DNA of 64,000 nucleotides. It comes from Octopus sinensis. Its lineage: Eukaryota. A program made the position numbers and the translations under genes. Below are positions 63,216 to 64,000 of this stretch, in pieces. The stretch covers positions 28,532,464-28,596,463 of the forward strand of contig NC_043011.1 of assembly GCF_006345805.1 (NCBI RefSeq), read 5' to 3'. The first letter of the stretch is position 1. The number at the start of each line of letters is the position of its first letter. A model generated the notes under the pieces. That model saw only the letters and a program-made list of their open reading frames with translations, ran no database searches and had not been told where the DNA came from.

Positions 63216-64000
63216 CTGACATAATTATTTATTTATTATTATTTTATTATTATCATTATTATTATTATTATTATTATTATTTTATTATTATTATTATTAC
63301 TATCATTATTATTATGATAATCATCATCATTATCATCACCTGAGTCAGCGCGTAAGAGATCGCATAGAGACACCCTTTCATTCAAAACTCTATAAATAAG
63401 GAATAGAATCATTGTTTTTTTTCTATAACACTAGATGTATGATTCCTAAGATTATCTCGCTTTCACTTTTGAGCTGATATTAAACGATTGATCTACCACA
63501 TCTGGATGCGAATATGATTTAAATGAAACAAGAATTTATTCTGTATGGTATTCATTGTACCCTCATTTGCCTGTGCTATCTACTGTGAATTCTGTGAGTT
63601 CAATTCCATTCCATTTATGTAAATTACTTAAACCATAAGTCATAACCATACACTTTCTTTTGTTTTTGTTTTTTTCTCTTTTGTACATGACTAAATATAT
63701 CCTATACTGAGTAAAGGTGGGATAATTGCTGAATTGATGACACCTATTGAAGGAGAGGCGATTGGTCTACTCCTAAGGAAGCGAATTATATGTCAGCAAT
63801 TAATCACTCTCTCTCTCTCTCTCTTGCTATCTATTTATATATACCTCTCTCTATCTATCTGCTTATCCATCTGCCTATTTATCTCACTCTCTGTTAAAAC
63901 TATGCTTTCCTTCGTTCTGACAAGTTGTTGATGTAAGAGATGCGTCATAAGTATTACATAGTTTACTTCGAAAAGGTGTGATAGTGAGAGGAAGTGTTGG

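Overview
AT-rich, microsatellite-dense eukaryotic DNA with one 100-N scaffold gap at 30629-30728. The repeat content points to an octopus/cephalopod genome; this is an inference from recognising the repeat families, not a database result. No host protein-coding exon could be supported: nearly all ORF-track entries are translations of (TA)n, (GATA)n, (CA)n and (CAT)n tracts. The window consists of transposon remains. These are three tRNA-headed SINE families (called A, B, C here), a 2.45-kb 5'-truncated L1/Tx1-clade LINE, an RTE fragment, two copies of one mariner deletion derivative, a pogo/Tigger-like MITE, three non-autonomous Helitrons and many Penelope-like element (PLE) remnants, including two GIY-YIG endonuclease types. 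Two signals stand out. (1) About eight unrelated type I hammerhead ribozyme motif families were read directly from the sequence. The cleanest, at 27671-27734 (-) and 28360-28422 (+), have a canonical core with a palindromic stem III. They sit in (TA)n-flanked fold-back pLTR-like inserts, and several inversion breakpoints fall inside ribozyme stem II. (2) There is an apparently site-specific L1/Tx1-type retroposition system. Elements sharing one 3' stem-loop/AATAAA tail insert repeatedly at RGTAYTT sites inside the most abundant SINE, twice with clear 13-14 bp TSDs at the same position, while the related autonomous LINE sits in a (GATA)n tract. Neither cleavage activity nor target specificity is proven by this window.
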